Assembly: GCA_963790305.1 (NCBI GenBank)
Contig: CAWBOC010000009.1
Coordinates: 320,001-384,000, forward strand
DNA: 64,000 nucleotides
Direction of reading: 5' to 3'
Origin: an uncultured Gemmatimonadaceae bacterium
GTDB lineage: Bacteria; Gemmatimonadota; Gemmatimonadetes; Gemmatimonadales; Gemmatimonadaceae
In this document: positions 9,554 to 20,681 of the stretch, piece by piece
How the letters are laid out: the number at the start of each line of letters is the position of its first letter
How positions within the stretch are numbered: position 1 is the first letter of the stretch
Position numbers and translations under genes: made by a program
The notes under the pieces: model-generated
The model's database searches: none
What the model saw: only the letters and a program-made list of their open reading frames with translations
Told to the model about the DNA's origin: nothing

Positions 9554-11458
9554 CGTACCATCCCTCGGAAGAAATCCTCGAGGCCTTCCACGAGCGCCCG
9601 CGCGTAAGCCTCCTGGTACCCAGGCGTTCGCAGCGCCGCCTCGTGCTCCGGCATCATGATGTAGGCACCCTCGGCGAGGATCGACGGCATCCACGTCGGC
9701 CGAGCGAGCGCGAGCGTGCGCGAATAAATGCCATTGTCGCGCAGTCCCATGCGGGCGACCATGCGGCGCTGCGCCGCACGAGCGAGAGGCTCTGCCTGCG
9801 GATGGAGGAAATACGTCTCGGTGCCGTGGGCGGTGAATGGATTCACCCCATCCGGCAGTGCGTTCAAGTGAATCGAGACGAGTGCGTGCGCGTTGGCGCG
9901 ACGCGCGATGATCGGACGGTCCGCGAGCGCCACCGGCTCCGGAGTGGTACGCGTCATCACGACCGTTGCTCCACGCTCCACGAGCAGCGCGCGCATGCGC
10001 TCGCCAACCGCGAGGACCGCATCTCCCTCGTACAGACCCGTCGGCCCCGTCGCGCCGATGGGTGGGTGACCTGGATCGACCGTGATGGTCAGACCACGGA
10101 GCGGCGACCCCGAACCGCGGATCTGCGGCGGGCGACGAACTCGAAGCACGAACGCGCCACGAGCGGCGTCCCAGAACGCGAGGTATCCAAACGGCCGTTC
10201 CGGCGAGATGCAGGGTAAAGCGGAGCCGATCGCTCGCCTGCTGGTCCCAGGTCACCATCCGGATGAGCGAGTCGTTCGAGACGAAGCGGGTGACGTCGCT
10301 GCTGCTCGCGGTGCCGTAGAGCGTCAGGGAGATGCTCTGGTCGCTCTGGGTGACCAGGTACGCGGGTCGCTCCGTCATCGGCACGACGAAGTCGGACCAC
10401 TCATCACCGGGCACCACGCGTGCGTTGCGCGCGACGCGTCGCGGGATGGACACCCCGGCCTCGAGAAAGCGCGCGTCCGCCGCAGGTACCCACGCCTCCA
10501 GAGTCGCGTCGAGGCGCACACGCACGAATCCGCCGCTCCCCCCGGTAAGCTCGAGGCGTGTACCGGGGAGAAGAAACCACTTGTACGTATCGTCCGGCTG
10601 CGGCCGCCCGAAGATCACGCGATCGGTGTCGCTCATCGGCGCGGGGTCAGCGCCCAGGATGACGAAGCGCGGCGCCGTGTCGGTGAGCGCAACGGCCGGC
10701 AGCGTGAGTCGCACCGTGTCGAGACCCCGCGCGACGACGATTCGCTTTGGCGAGGCGAGCATCGCGGCGGCGATCTCGATCGCCCAGGAGTCAGCTGCGC
10801 CAAGAAACCTCGCCACCGAGTCGCGCGGGAGCACCGTCGTATCGCGGCCGGTGGCGCGGAGCCCCGGCACTGCCGCTCCGTTCAGAAGCATCCGGCGTCC
10901 GGCGACCGTAGTGTCGATCTCCACCCACACCAGCGCATTCGCGGGCGCACGCAGGCTCACGCGAACGCGTTCCTCGGGACGCAGCATGAGTCCCGCAGGT
11001 GGAGTAACGCTCGCCGAGTCCACCACGAGCGGACCGTCGGGCGTGAGCGCCGCGCGCACCGCCGGTAGACGTACCGGGTGCGACACTCGTACGGTGTCGG
11101 CGCCGAGGGCCGCCACGAGGTCGAAGCGCGCGGAATCGGGGCGCGGGAGGGGCAAAAATGCGAGATAGCTTCCGTTGGGAAGCACGGGAACCCGATTACC
11201 GTTTATCGTCAATGTCGCACGGCCGTTGCCCACGTGCCCGAAGATGAAGCTCGAATCGCGGGCTTCGACCAGGGCATTCGCCAATGGATACTGCACGTGA
11301 ATGCGGAGAGGGCCTTCGATGAGCGGCACCGGCGGCAGCGCCGGGGAGCGGGATGGCGCGGGCGGCGGTGCGCTGGCGGGCGCCGCCGAGGCGCATGCGC
11401 TTACCGCCACGAGAAGCGCGACACCGGCGGGGCGTCGCGCGATCGAATGACGCAACAT
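9550..11458 (-). CDS. N-acetylmuramoyl-L-alanine amidase (Amidase_3), probable lipoprotein; frameshift near 10200
   Basis: Lipobox-like VAVSAC; C-terminal domain in the 9550-10149 frame with TVDPGH, LYE, VSIHLNA, PSILAEG; joining the frames gives LHLAERPFGYLAFW. Confidence 0.85.
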
Positions 11459-11646
11459 GAGGTCAAGCTAACCGCGCCCCCTGAGGTGGGCGAGGTTGTC
11501 ATGGTTTGCCGCGCTTCACCGGCATTTCTATATTGCCGCGGCACCCGAACGGGAGGTGGCGCACCGCCGGGCGGCATCGTGACAACTCAACCGCCGGAGA
11601 CGTCTATTCTGTACGCCCATCCCGGCTCGACCCGCTTCCCCACTTC

Positions 11647-12822
11647 GTGACGACGCCCAACCCCTCCGCGAGCGCCACTCCGCGCGGCGATATCACCGCC
11701 CACGTCCTCGGCCGCACCGATGTCGGGCGTACGCGCGAGCACAACGAGGACGCGTTCCTCGTCGCCGATCTCAGCGCCGGCACCGTCAGCGATCAGGCCG
11801 AAGCGGTGACGTACACGCTTGGCCCGCGCGGGGCACTCTTCATGGTCGCCGATGGGCTAGGAGGCGCCGCAGCAGGCGAGATCGCGAGTGGAATGGCGGT
11901 CGATATCGTCCTTCAGGAGCTGCGCCGCACCTGGGTGAACGTGCCGGCAACCGACCCGGACGCCTTCGCTCACGCATTGAAGAAGGCCTGCGAGCTCGCC
12001 AACACCCGTATTTACGAGTACGCGATGAAGAACCCGGATCATCGCGGACTCGGCACCACGGCGACCATTGCCGGCCTGCTCGGCAACACCCTCTATCTCG
12101 TGCAGGTGGGGGACTCGCGCGCGTACATCGTGCGCGGCGGTGTGGCGCAGCAGATCACGAAGGACCAATCGCTGATGCAGCGTCTCATCGAGGCCGGGGA
12201 GCTGACGGCCGAGGAGGCCGAGCAGAGCGAGCGACGCAACATCATTCTTCAGGCCCTCGGTCCCGAGCCGGTCGTGAAGATCGATCTCACGCACCAGCCG
12301 GTGCGCCGCGGCGATCTGCTCGTGCTGTGCACCGATGGCCTCTCCGGCCAGGTCCGCAAGGAGGAGATCGCGCGCATCGTTGTGGAGGAGCGCGACCTCA
12401 CCACGGCAGGGCAGACTCTGATCGACCGCGCGAACGAGAATGGCGGTCCCGACAACATCACCGTTGTGATCGCGCACCTGGAGGGCGAGGGACTCGCGCC
12501 GCCCACGGAAAGCGACGTGGTTGGCCATTCCGTCTTCGAGCTGCAGAATGCGACGCCGTCGACGCCGCTCGCCCCGTTGCGACGCATCACCGGCAAGATG
12601 CGCAGTGTCATCACGCCTACGGAGGCGGCGAGCACCGAGGACGCGTCGCCGTTGAAGACCGCGCAGGCGTCGCGATGGAATCAAGTCCTGTTGGTGGCCC
12701 TCGCGGCGGCGCTGGTGATCGCGCTGGTTGCCTTCCTGTACGTCCACGTGCGCGGCGCCGTTGGCGGCGATAGCGCCGCACCCGCGGTCGATTCGGCCGC
12801 GGGAGCGGCCAGTCCGCAATAG
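11647..12822 (+). CDS. Stp1/PrpC-type PP2C Ser/Thr phosphatase with C-terminal TM helix
   Basis: TDVGRTREHNED, VADGLGG, GTTAT, VGDSRAY, LCTDGLS, GGPDNIT; GTG start chosen at 11647. Confidence 0.92.
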   Translation: MTTPNPSASATPRGDITAHVLGRTDVGRTREHNEDAFLVADLSAGTVSDQAEAVTYTLGPRGALFMVADGLGGAAAGEIASGMAVDIVLQELRRTWVNVPATDPDAFAHALKKACELANTRIYEYAMKNPDHRGLGTTATIAGLLGNTLYLVQVGDSRAYIVRGGVAQQITKDQSLMQRLIEAGELTAEEAEQSERRNIILQALGPEPVVKIDLTHQPVRRGDLLVLCTDGLSGQVRKEEIARIVVEERDLTTAGQTLIDRANENGGPDNITVVIAHLEGEGLAPPTESDVVGHSVFELQNATPSTPLAPLRRITGKMRSVITPTEAASTEDASPLKTAQASRWNQVLLVALAAALVIALVAFLYVHVRGAVGGDSAAPAVDSAAGAASPQ

Positions 12823-12835
12823 CGGACACCGCGCG

Positions 12836-14815
12836 ATGCGTTTTCCCGCAGATGGGCTTCGCGGCGTCGCCCGTCGGGTGACGGCCGCGCCCGACAACGC
12901 GTTGGCGGATGCTTCCGCTCACGGTGCAGCTCATGCTGCTCGGGGCGGCAATGGTGGTGGCCTGGGTCCTGACGACGCGGGCTTACGACCGCATCGCAGG
13001 GCCGAAGCAGGTGGAGTCGCGCGTGCGGCATTGGCAGCTCGCCGAGGTCATCGCCGGGCGAGTCGCTGCCGCCGCGTACGAGATGCAGGGCGCCTCGCGG
13101 GCATACGCGCTCACCGGGGACAGCGCCCGCCGGCGCGAAGCCGATCACGCCGCACGGACGCCATGCAGCCCTCCTCGACTCGCTGCACACGCTCGCGGCC
13201 GTGGATCGAGACATCCTGACGCATGTGGTCGCCTATCGGGAGCTCGCATCCCGCTGGCGCGACGCACTGCAGGCGAGTGTCGCGGCACGCGACGCTCGAC
13301 GCGATTCGCGCCCTTACATCGCGCGTGAGCGCCCGCTCTCCGACAGCGCCCGCGCTTTGGCGAGATCCCTTCTCGAGGAAATGCGCGGCCGCGAGCATCT
13401 CGGCACAGATGGAGACAGAGGCGCGGATTGCCTCACGAGAGTCGTTCCTGTTGCGCGTCGGCCCGATCGTCACCGTGCTCCTGCTTCTCGGGATCGCGGG
13501 GCTCCTGTTGCGGCGTACGCTGCTCGCCGTGTCCCAGGCTGCCCGCGCGCTCGCGGAAGGGCGGTACTCCGATGTGCGCCTTCCCGCCGAGCTCGGCGCC
13601 AATCGTGAGATGCGAAAGATCGCGGACACGTTCGAGGAGCTGGCGCTCGCCATCGAGGAGCGCGAGCAGATTCTGCAAAGCGACATTCTGCAGCTGCGGG
13701 AATACGAGCAGCTCAAGAGCGACTTCGTCTCGACAGTGAGCCACGAGCTCCGAACGCCCCTGACCTCCATGCGCGGGGCATTGGGACTCGTGCTGAGCGG
13801 CGCCGCCGGTCCCTTGTCGCCCCAGGGAGACGAGCTGCTTCGGATCGCGAATCAGAATACCGAGCGGCTCATCCGACTCATCAACGACATCCTGGACGTC
13901 GAGAAGATCGAATCGGGGACGATCACGGTGCGCCGCGATCGATGCGACCTCCGCACCGTTGTCGAGACCACGATCGCGGGAGTGCATGGCTACGCCATGG
14001 AGCACCGTGTACGCATCACGGTGCGCGCACCGGATACGGCGGAGGTCATCGGCGATCAGGATCGCCTGATTCAGGTGTTCACCAACCTGGTCTCCAACGC
14101 GATCAAGTTTTCACCGGCGGATGGCGAGGTCCTGGTCACGATCGAGGTGGAACGCGAGACCGCGCGAGTGAGCGTGCGAGATCAGGGACCGGGCATTCCC
14201 ACCGAGTTTCAGCCGCGCGTCTTCGGCAAGTTTCAGCAGGCGGAGAGCTCCTCGTCCAGACGCCATGGCGGCACCGGTCTCGGCTTGGCGATCGCGCGCG
14301 CGATCGTCGAGCGACATGAGGGGCACATTCACTTCCGGACCGCTCTGGGGGCGGGCACGACGTTCACCGTCGAGCTTCCGTGCTCCGCCGGTCACGCCGC
14401 GGAGCTGAAGATCCCTGACTCCACCCTTCCGCGTGTGCTGGTCGTGGACGCCGATCGCGACATCGTGCAGATCCTCCAGAGCCTCGCCTCCTCACTCGCA
14501 CTGCTCGTTCCCGCCCGGTCGCGGGAGGACGCGCTCCGCATCGCTCGCGGGACCACGGTCGATGCCGTCATCGTGGAGCCCGAGATCCCCGGTGGAAATG
14601 GCTTCGCGGTCGTGCACGAGCTGCGATCGCTCCGCGGCTATTCAGACCTTCCGGTGATCGTCTTCTCCTCGCGCGAGTTCACCGCGACCGAGCTGCACGG
14701 TGTGACCCTGACTCCCGCGCACGCCTACGTGAAGGCGCGCGACACGGCGAAGGACGTGGTCATGCGATTGAGGGCGGTGCTTGCCGCTCGGGCAGGAGTG
14801 AGGAGTGAGGAGTGA
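12836..14815 (+). CDS. Membrane sensor histidine kinase (periplasmic sensor, HAMP, HisKA, HATPase, C-terminal receiver-like domain); several frameshifts in the 5' part
   Basis: FVSTVSHELRTPL, NLVSNAIKFS, DQGPGI, GTGLGLAI; the N-terminal TM and sensor region is split over ORFs 12728, 12909, 13201 and 13223; start approximate. Confidence 0.8.
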
Positions 14816-14819
14816 GGAG
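14794..14819 (+). repeat. Tandem heptamer (AGGAGTG)x3 plus a partial unit at a convergent gene junction
   Basis: AGGAGTG AGGAGTG AGGAGTG AGGAG; contains the kinase TGA stop. Confidence 0.7.
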
Positions 14820-16268
14820 CTAGTTCGTGAGAAAGCCCTCCGGCCCCCTCGCCTCCTCGACGGCCGCGTCCCACTCCGGCGCTTCGCCTGGCTTGTTGAG
14901 TCGGAGTGAGTCCAGCAGCCGCCGAGCCAGTGCAGAGGGCGCATCGAGGATCAGGAGCAGCGCGAGATCATCGCGGTAGGCGGCGAAGCGCGCCGTCGCA
15001 CCGATGGCTCGGACCAGACGCCGCGACTCGCGCAGCCACGCGACGACACGCGGAGCGTCACTCGCCGATATGCGCGGACTCAACAGGACCGACGTCACGC
15101 GTCGCCCCGCCGCGGCAAGCACGCGATGCTGCTCGATGCTCTCCGCGACCCGCGGGGGCAAGGCGATCGCCGTCATCGCGTGCACTCCCTTGGTTAGGCG
15201 ATCCACCCGCAGGCGCTCGAGGCGGCTCGCGACCCGGGCGCGAAGCTCCAGGGGAATGAGCGGCTTGGCCAGCGTCTCATCGACCCCGGCGTCGTAGGCC
15301 GCCAGCGACGTAGCGCTGTCGAGGTTCTCCCCGAGCAACAGCACCGGAAGATCCCGATAGGCGGGCATGCCACGCAGGAGCCGAGTGAAGGCGATCGCGT
15401 CGAAGGACGGGAGTCGCGCCTCGAACAGCAGGACGACCGGCTGCTCGCGCTCGAGCGTCTCGAAGAGCTGAAGGGGTGACTCGATCGTGACGACGCGAAG
15501 CTCCTGACCGAGCGCATAACGCGCGATCTCGAGAATCGAAGGATCGTCGTCGAGGAGCAGGATCGTCGGACGGAGCCAGGTGGTGGCAAGGAGAAGCCGG
15601 TCCGCGCGATCGAACAGTGCGTCCACATCGCCCGGGCCATCGGGGCCTTCATCGACGGCGAGCGTGGGGAGCCAGCGCTCCGGCCCCGACCGCGCGACCC
15701 GAAGCGCACGTTCTCGCGACATCACCACGAGGTGCGGGATCCGGTCGCGGGTGGGCGGGCTCGTCGCTTCGCCATCCATGGTCTCGAGGACGTAGCCCCG
15801 CCTCGACGCTTCCGCCGCCAATGCGCTCTGCGTGCGTTCCCCCAGAGAGACCAACAGCATTCGACGCCGAGGCGCTGCGGTCAGCGCGGGCAATCGGTCT
15901 GCCTCGACGGGATTCTGGAACGCGAGACGAAGCGCGCTTCCGAAATGACTGATGATCGTCGCGCGACTATCGAGCTCGAGCTTGGGATCCACGATCCAGC
16001 CCGCCACCCGCTCCTCGAGTTTCGTCGCGAGCGTGCTCGCATCGAGGAATCCGTAGCTTCCCGCCGTTCCCTTGACTCGATGGAGCTCGCGCCTGAGCGC
16101 CTCGAGCGCGCGCGGCGCGGCGGGCGACGCCGTCAGCTGGGTCGCGAGCCGCTCGAACGCCGCGACGATCGGCCCGGAGGACGCGCGAAAGTGCTCGCGC
16201 AGTGCCGCGAGCGCGTGACCCACATCCGAGGTCGTTCCGCCGTTGGTGCCGATGCTTGTACTCGTCAT
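14820..16268 (-). CDS. Hpt domain plus receiver-like domain(s) protein
   Basis: LRRELHRVKGTAGSYGF (Hpt); ILLLDDDPSIL...AGVDETLAKP (receiver); C-terminal region possibly a degenerate GGDEF. Confidence 0.75.
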   Translation of the reverse strand: MTSTSIGTNGGTTSDVGHALAALREHFRASSGPIVAAFERLATQLTASPAAPRALEALRRELHRVKGTAGSYGFLDASTLATKLEERVAGWIVDPKLELDSRATIISHFGSALRLAFQNPVEADRLPALTAAPRRRMLLVSLGERTQSALAAEASRRGYVLETMDGEATSPPTRDRIPHLVVMSRERALRVARSGPERWLPTLAVDEGPDGPGDVDALFDRADRLLLATTWLRPTILLLDDDPSILEIARYALGQELRVVTIESPLQLFETLEREQPVVLLFEARLPSFDAIAFTRLLRGMPAYRDLPVLLLGENLDSATSLAAYDAGVDETLAKPLIPLELRARVASRLERLRVDRLTKGVHAMTAIALPPRVAESIEQHRVLAAAGRRVTSVLLSPRISASDAPRVVAWLRESRRLVRAIGATARFAAYRDDLALLLILDAPSALARRLLDSLRLNKPGEAPEWDAAVEEARGPEGFLTN

Positions 16269-16359
16269 GTCGACGCGAAGCGTGACGCAACCCGCGCGGT
16301 GCTCGTCGCTCGGGAATTCGCGTAACATACAGGGCCTTCTCGCGCTTCGCGCCCCCGTC

Positions 16360-16731
16360 ATGCCGATCCGTCTGCTGTGCGCCGACGATGAAGACGACAT
16401 TCGAACGATCCTTCGATTGGCGCTTGCGCTCGATCGGGAGCTCGACGTCCACTTCGTCGCTTCGGGGGCGGAGGCGCTGGCGCAGGCGAAGGCAGGCCGC
16501 TTCGACGCCATCGTGCTCGATGGGATGATGCCGGGCCTCGACGGCTACGAGACGTGCCGCCGGCTCAAGGCCGATCCGGCAACCGCGGAGATCCCGGTCG
16601 TCTTTCTCACCGCGAAATCGCAGCGCGACGAGACGCATCGCGCGCTCGCGCTTGGCGCGATCGCCTGTCTCACCAAGCCCTTTGACCCAATGACCATCGC
16701 CGGCGACCTCCGTCGCGCACTCGGCCGCTAG
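16360..16731 (+). CDS. Single-domain response regulator
   Basis: LLCADDEDDI, IVLDGMMPGLDG, VVFLTAK, CLTKPF. Confidence 0.92.
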   Translation: MPIRLLCADDEDDIRTILRLALALDRELDVHFVASGAEALAQAKAGRFDAIVLDGMMPGLDGYETCRRLKADPATAEIPVVFLTAKSQRDETHRALALGAIACLTKPFDPMTIAGDLRRALGR

Positions 16732-16788
16732 CAGCTCGATCGCGGGGCTGGTGAAGGCGGGCGCCGCTCGTCCATATTCGCGGCGCCC

Positions 16789-18006
16789 ATGACGACGCCC
16801 GAATCTCCGCGCGCGGCTGCGCCGGTCTCCCTGCGCACGAAGCTGCTGTGGGTCGCCGCCTTTTACTTCGCATCGGGCTTCCCCTTCGGCATCACGACGG
16901 AGCTGCTGCCGGTCTATTACCGCCAGCGCGGCGTCAGTCTCACCGACATTGGGCTGCTGAGCGTCATCGCACTCCCGTGGACGTTCAAGTTCCTCTGGGC
17001 CCCGCTCGTCGATCGCATCGGGACATACAAGCGGTGGCTGCTTGGCGTGCAGATCGGGCTCGCGGGAACAATGCTCGCGCTCCTGCTGGCCGATCCGGCG
17101 CGCGCGATGCCGCTGTTGTGGGTCGTGCTGATGGCCATGGCAACGCTCTCGGCCACGCAGGACATCGTCGTCGACGCATACACGATCCGCCTGCTCGACA
17201 CGCGGGAGTACGGGGCGGCGAACGGGGTGCGCGTCACCTCCTATCGAGTGGCGATGCTGGTCGCTGCCGGGGTGTTGCTCACCGCCGCGGGCCGCATGGG
17301 ATGGCCGACGATCTTCATGCTCGCGGCGGGGATCATGCTGATCCTGACCGCGATCTCCTTCACGATTCCGAGCAGCAATGTGCCGCGAGCTGCTGCGCAC
17401 GGGGGTCTCCGCGATCTCGTCGAGCCATTCCGCGAGCTGCTGACCCTCCCTGCCGCGATCGCCGTCCTCATCTTCGTGCTGACGTTCAAGCTGGGCGACA
17501 TATCGCTCATCCCGATGACGAAGCCGTTCTGGGTCGATCGTGGCTTTTCGACCGAGAGCATCGGGGCCGCGAGCACACTCGGGATCATCGCGGCGATCGC
17601 GGGAGCGCTCCTAGGGGGCGCGCTGACGACACGGTGGGGAATCTTCACCGCACTCTGGAGCCTCGGCCTCGTGCAGGCCCTCTCCAACCTCGGCTACTGG
17701 GCGGCGTCGCAGCTGCCCGCCGAGCAGAGCGTCCTCTACGGGACGATCCTGCTGGAGCAGGTCACGTACGGGATGGGCACCGCCGCTTTCCTTTCCTTCC
17801 TCATGTCGCTGTGCTCGAAGCGATACGCGGCGACGCAATACGCGCTGCTGTCGGCGCTCTTTCGTGTTGGCGGGCTCATCGCCGGAGCGATCTCCGGCGC
17901 GATCACCGAGGACGTGGGCTACGGGACGTACTTTTTCATCACGTTCCTGCTCGCGTTGCCGGCGTTCTCGCTGCTTCCCTGGGTGCGTCGGACGGTCGCT
18001 CGTTAG
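16789..18006 (+). CDS. ampG: AmpG-family muropeptide MFS permease
   Basis: YFASGFP, LPWTFKFLWAPLVD, SATQDIVVDAY, ATQYALLS; about 12 TM helices; next to nagZ/anmK/murQ. Confidence 0.85.
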   Translation: MTTPESPRAAAPVSLRTKLLWVAAFYFASGFPFGITTELLPVYYRQRGVSLTDIGLLSVIALPWTFKFLWAPLVDRIGTYKRWLLGVQIGLAGTMLALLLADPARAMPLLWVVLMAMATLSATQDIVVDAYTIRLLDTREYGAANGVRVTSYRVAMLVAAGVLLTAAGRMGWPTIFMLAAGIMLILTAISFTIPSSNVPRAAAHGGLRDLVEPFRELLTLPAAIAVLIFVLTFKLGDISLIPMTKPFWVDRGFSTESIGAASTLGIIAAIAGALLGGALTTRWGIFTALWSLGLVQALSNLGYWAASQLPAEQSVLYGTILLEQVTYGMGTAAFLSFLMSLCSKRYAATQYALLSALFRVGGLIAGAISGAITEDVGYGTYFFITFLLALPAFSLLPWVRRTVAR

Positions 18007-18045
18007 GCTTTCCAGTCGAGCGCGCCCGTGTACAGCGGAACTCGG

Positions 18046-19509
18046 TCAACGCGCCTTGAGAAGCCACCGCGCCGCCGCCTGCTGCATGACCGTCTCCCCG
18101 CCCCACGCACTCGCGACGTGCTTGGGCTTCTTGAGCTCGGTCGCCAGCCGCGGATGCGAGAACTGCATGACGACTGCCTCGGGCGCCTTGTCGATGACCT
18201 TGTCGACGGCTTTCCGCGCTTCGGGCGAGTAGCCTGGGCGTCCCTTCCAGCTGCGAACGTCGCCGAAGAGCGCGATGACGACGGACGCACGCCCGTCGCC
18301 ACTCACCTTGTCGACGCGCTTCACCTCGGCCCCCGCCAGCGACAACGTCTGAAAGAATGGATCTCGCGACGGCGCGGGGTATGGGCCGCCAAGGTCATCG
18401 TCGACGACGACCACCTCGACCGGCGACGTCACCCGCGGCGGGGCGCCGCGTACCACGTGCATCACGCGGTCAGCGAGCGTCGAGCCCCAGGCGACATCGG
18501 CCGCTGACGCGCGGCGGTACTCGTTGGGCGGGGACGCCCACTGCGCCCACTTCTGACGCCGCCGCAACGAGTGCTGTACGCGCTCGCGATCGAGCGTGCC
18601 GTTCTCCACCGCCTTCTCGATGGCGTGCGCCACCGCCGCGAGATCCTTGGGGTACAGCAGCACATCGCAGCCGGCATCGATCGCCCGGATGGCGGCTTCG
18701 CCCTCGGTGCGCCCCTCGAGGACGCCGTCCATGATGAACGCATCCGTGACAATGAGTCCTTCGAACTTCATCTGCTGGCGCAGCAGCCAGCGCAGGATCT
18801 CTCGGGACAGCGTCGCGGGCATCCCGCTCGGATCGAGTGCGGGAAAGGCGACGTGCGCGGTCATCACCGACGCGACCCCGGCTTCGATCGCCGCGCGGAA
18901 GGGCAAGAGATCGTTGTCGAGCAGATCCTGCCTCGACGCGTTCACGACCGGCATCGTCATGTGCGAGTCGACCGTGGTTCGCCCATGCCCCGGGAAATGC
19001 TTCGCGCACGCGAGCACTCCCTCCGCCTGGCAGGCGTCGATCCACTCGCTCGCGAGCTTCGCCACGAGCCGGGGGTTGCTCCCTAACGAGCGCGTGCCAA
19101 TGATCGGATTGGTCGGCTCAATGTCGAGGTCGCACACCGGTGCGTAGTCCCAGTTCACGCCCATCGTACGAGCCTCACGGGCGGTCAGCCGTGCGGCGCG
19201 ACGGACCGCGTCGGTGTCCCCGAGCGACGCGATGGCCGCGAGCGGCGGCAACCCCGTGGCGCCGGAGATCTGCTGCCCGGCACCGCGCTCGAGGTCTGCC
19301 CCGATGAGCAAGGGCACTCGGGAGCGCTGGCGGAGCTCCTTCGTCAGGGAGCGCACCGCATCTTCGACCCCGCCGAACAGAATGAATCCGCCGACGCCGA
19401 GCTGCAGCCCCTTCTCGATGAGCGGCCGCTCCTTCTCCCATCCAACGGCCGTGTCCCAGCGAAGCGCGGGGAGGAGCAGCTGCGCGACGCCGTTCACGCG
19501 GGACTCCAT
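18046..19509 (-). CDS. nagZ: GH3 beta-N-acetylhexosaminidase
   Basis: GADLERG, APVCD, IGTRSLG, KHFPGHGRTTVDSH, VMTAHV, IVTD. Confidence 0.88.
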   Translation of the reverse strand: MESRVNGVAQLLLPALRWDTAVGWEKERPLIEKGLQLGVGGFILFGGVEDAVRSLTKELRQRSRVPLLIGADLERGAGQQISGATGLPPLAAIASLGDTDAVRRAARLTAREARTMGVNWDYAPVCDLDIEPTNPIIGTRSLGSNPRLVAKLASEWIDACQAEGVLACAKHFPGHGRTTVDSHMTMPVVNASRQDLLDNDLLPFRAAIEAGVASVMTAHVAFPALDPSGMPATLSREILRWLLRQQMKFEGLIVTDAFIMDGVLEGRTEGEAAIRAIDAGCDVLLYPKDLAAVAHAIEKAVENGTLDRERVQHSLRRRQKWAQWASPPNEYRRASAADVAWGSTLADRVMHVVRGAPPRVTSPVEVVVVDDDLGGPYPAPSRDPFFQTLSLAGAEVKRVDKVSGDGRASVVIALFGDVRSWKGRPGYSPEARKAVDKVIDKAPEAVVMQFSHPRLATELKKPKHVASAWGGETVMQQAAARWLLKAR

Positions 19510-20681
19510 TTGCCGAGGAGGCGTCGACCGCGCGCGCCGGTCGCTCCCGGCATGTTACCCGATCGCCCTTCGACGAAGAGATATCCCATCAATGCGAATG
19601 CCACCGCTTCCTTGGCTTCCCCGTCGAAGAAGAGATCATCGAAGCGCGTGACGGCCACGGGCGCGAGTCGGGTTGTGATCGCATCGACGAGCGCCGGGTT
19701 GCGTGCGCCGCCCCCCGACACGACCACCTCCGCCACCGGTTCGGGAATGAAGCGTCGGAACGCGTCGGCGATGCTTGCCGCGGTGAGCGCGACCGCCGTC
19801 GCGACGATATCCTCGGTGGTGGCTGTGCACTGCTCGCGACAGATCGCGATGAGCCGCTCCATGTACGCGCGAGTGAAGAGCTCACGGCCCGTGCTCTTCG
19901 GAGGCGGTGCCGCAAAGTAGGGCTCGGCAAGCAGCTCGCGGACGACGGCTTCACACTCACGTCCCCGCCTCGCGAGCGCCCCATCAATGTCGTAAGGCAA
20001 TTCGGGAACGAGCATTCGCGTCACGCCGTCCATGACACCCACGCCTGGACCCGTGTCGAACGCGCGCACACCTTCGAGCCCGCCGCCGGGCGGCACCACG
20101 GTGATGTTCCCAATGCCACCGAGGTTCTGGAGTGCGCGCCATCGCTGCACGTCATGAAAGAGCAGCGCGTCGGCGATCGGAACCAGCGGTGCGCCCTGCC
20201 CTCCCGCAGCGACATCGCGAACCCGGAAGTCGCTCACGACACCGATGCCGGTTCGCTCGGCGATCACAGCCGGCTCGCCGAACTGCCAGGTCGAATGACC
20301 CGGCTCATGCCACACGGTTTGACCGTGCGAGGCGATCGCGCGCACGTCTTCGCGCGAAACCCCGGCGTCAGCCAGCACGGCCACCGCCGCGTCGGCGAGC
20401 CAGGCGCCCAGCTCGAAGTTGAGGCGGCAGTACTCGGTGGGCGACGTTCCCTCGAGTGCGCGCAGCAGACGGTCACGCTGTTCACGCGTGTAGGAGAACG
20501 AACGATACGCGAGCAGCTCCGCCGAGATATGGTCGACACCCGGGACGAATCGCGTCACGGCAGCGGAGATTCCGTCGAGCGACGTGCCCGACATGAGCCC
20601 CACGACCACGGCCGGGGTCAGCGGCCGCTCTTCCGTGAGTTGGGAGGCGCGCGCGGAACCAGTGCGAGGCGCGGCGGTCAC
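19494..20681 (-). CDS. anmK: Anhydro-N-acetylmuramic acid kinase
   Basis: GLMSGTSLDG, SHGQTVWH, DFRVRDVAAGGQGAPLVP, NLGGIGN, FDTGPG, PKSTGRE, KEAVAFA. Confidence 0.95.
   Translation of the reverse strand: MTAAPRTGSARASQLTEERPLTPAVVVGLMSGTSLDGISAAVTRFVPGVDHISAELLAYRSFSYTREQRDRLLRALEGTSPTEYCRLNFELGAWLADAAVAVLADAGVSREDVRAIASHGQTVWHEPGHSTWQFGEPAVIAERTGIGVVSDFRVRDVAAGGQGAPLVPIADALLFHDVQRWRALQNLGGIGNITVVPPGGGLEGVRAFDTGPGVGVMDGVTRMLVPELPYDIDGALARRGRECEAVVRELLAEPYFAAPPPKSTGRELFTRAYMERLIAICREQCTATTEDIVATAVALTAASIADAFRRFIPEPVAEVVVSGGGARNPALVDAITTRLAPVAVTRFDDLFFDGEAKEAVAFALMGYLFVEGRSGNMPGATGARGRRLLGKWSPA

Noticed and set aside
7628..11458. 1276-aa ORF as one giant protein
   Set aside because: It is a chimera: the amidase N-terminus, an out-of-frame stretch across the amidase catalytic domain, and then the next gene. 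It results from frameshifts near 10200 and 7785.
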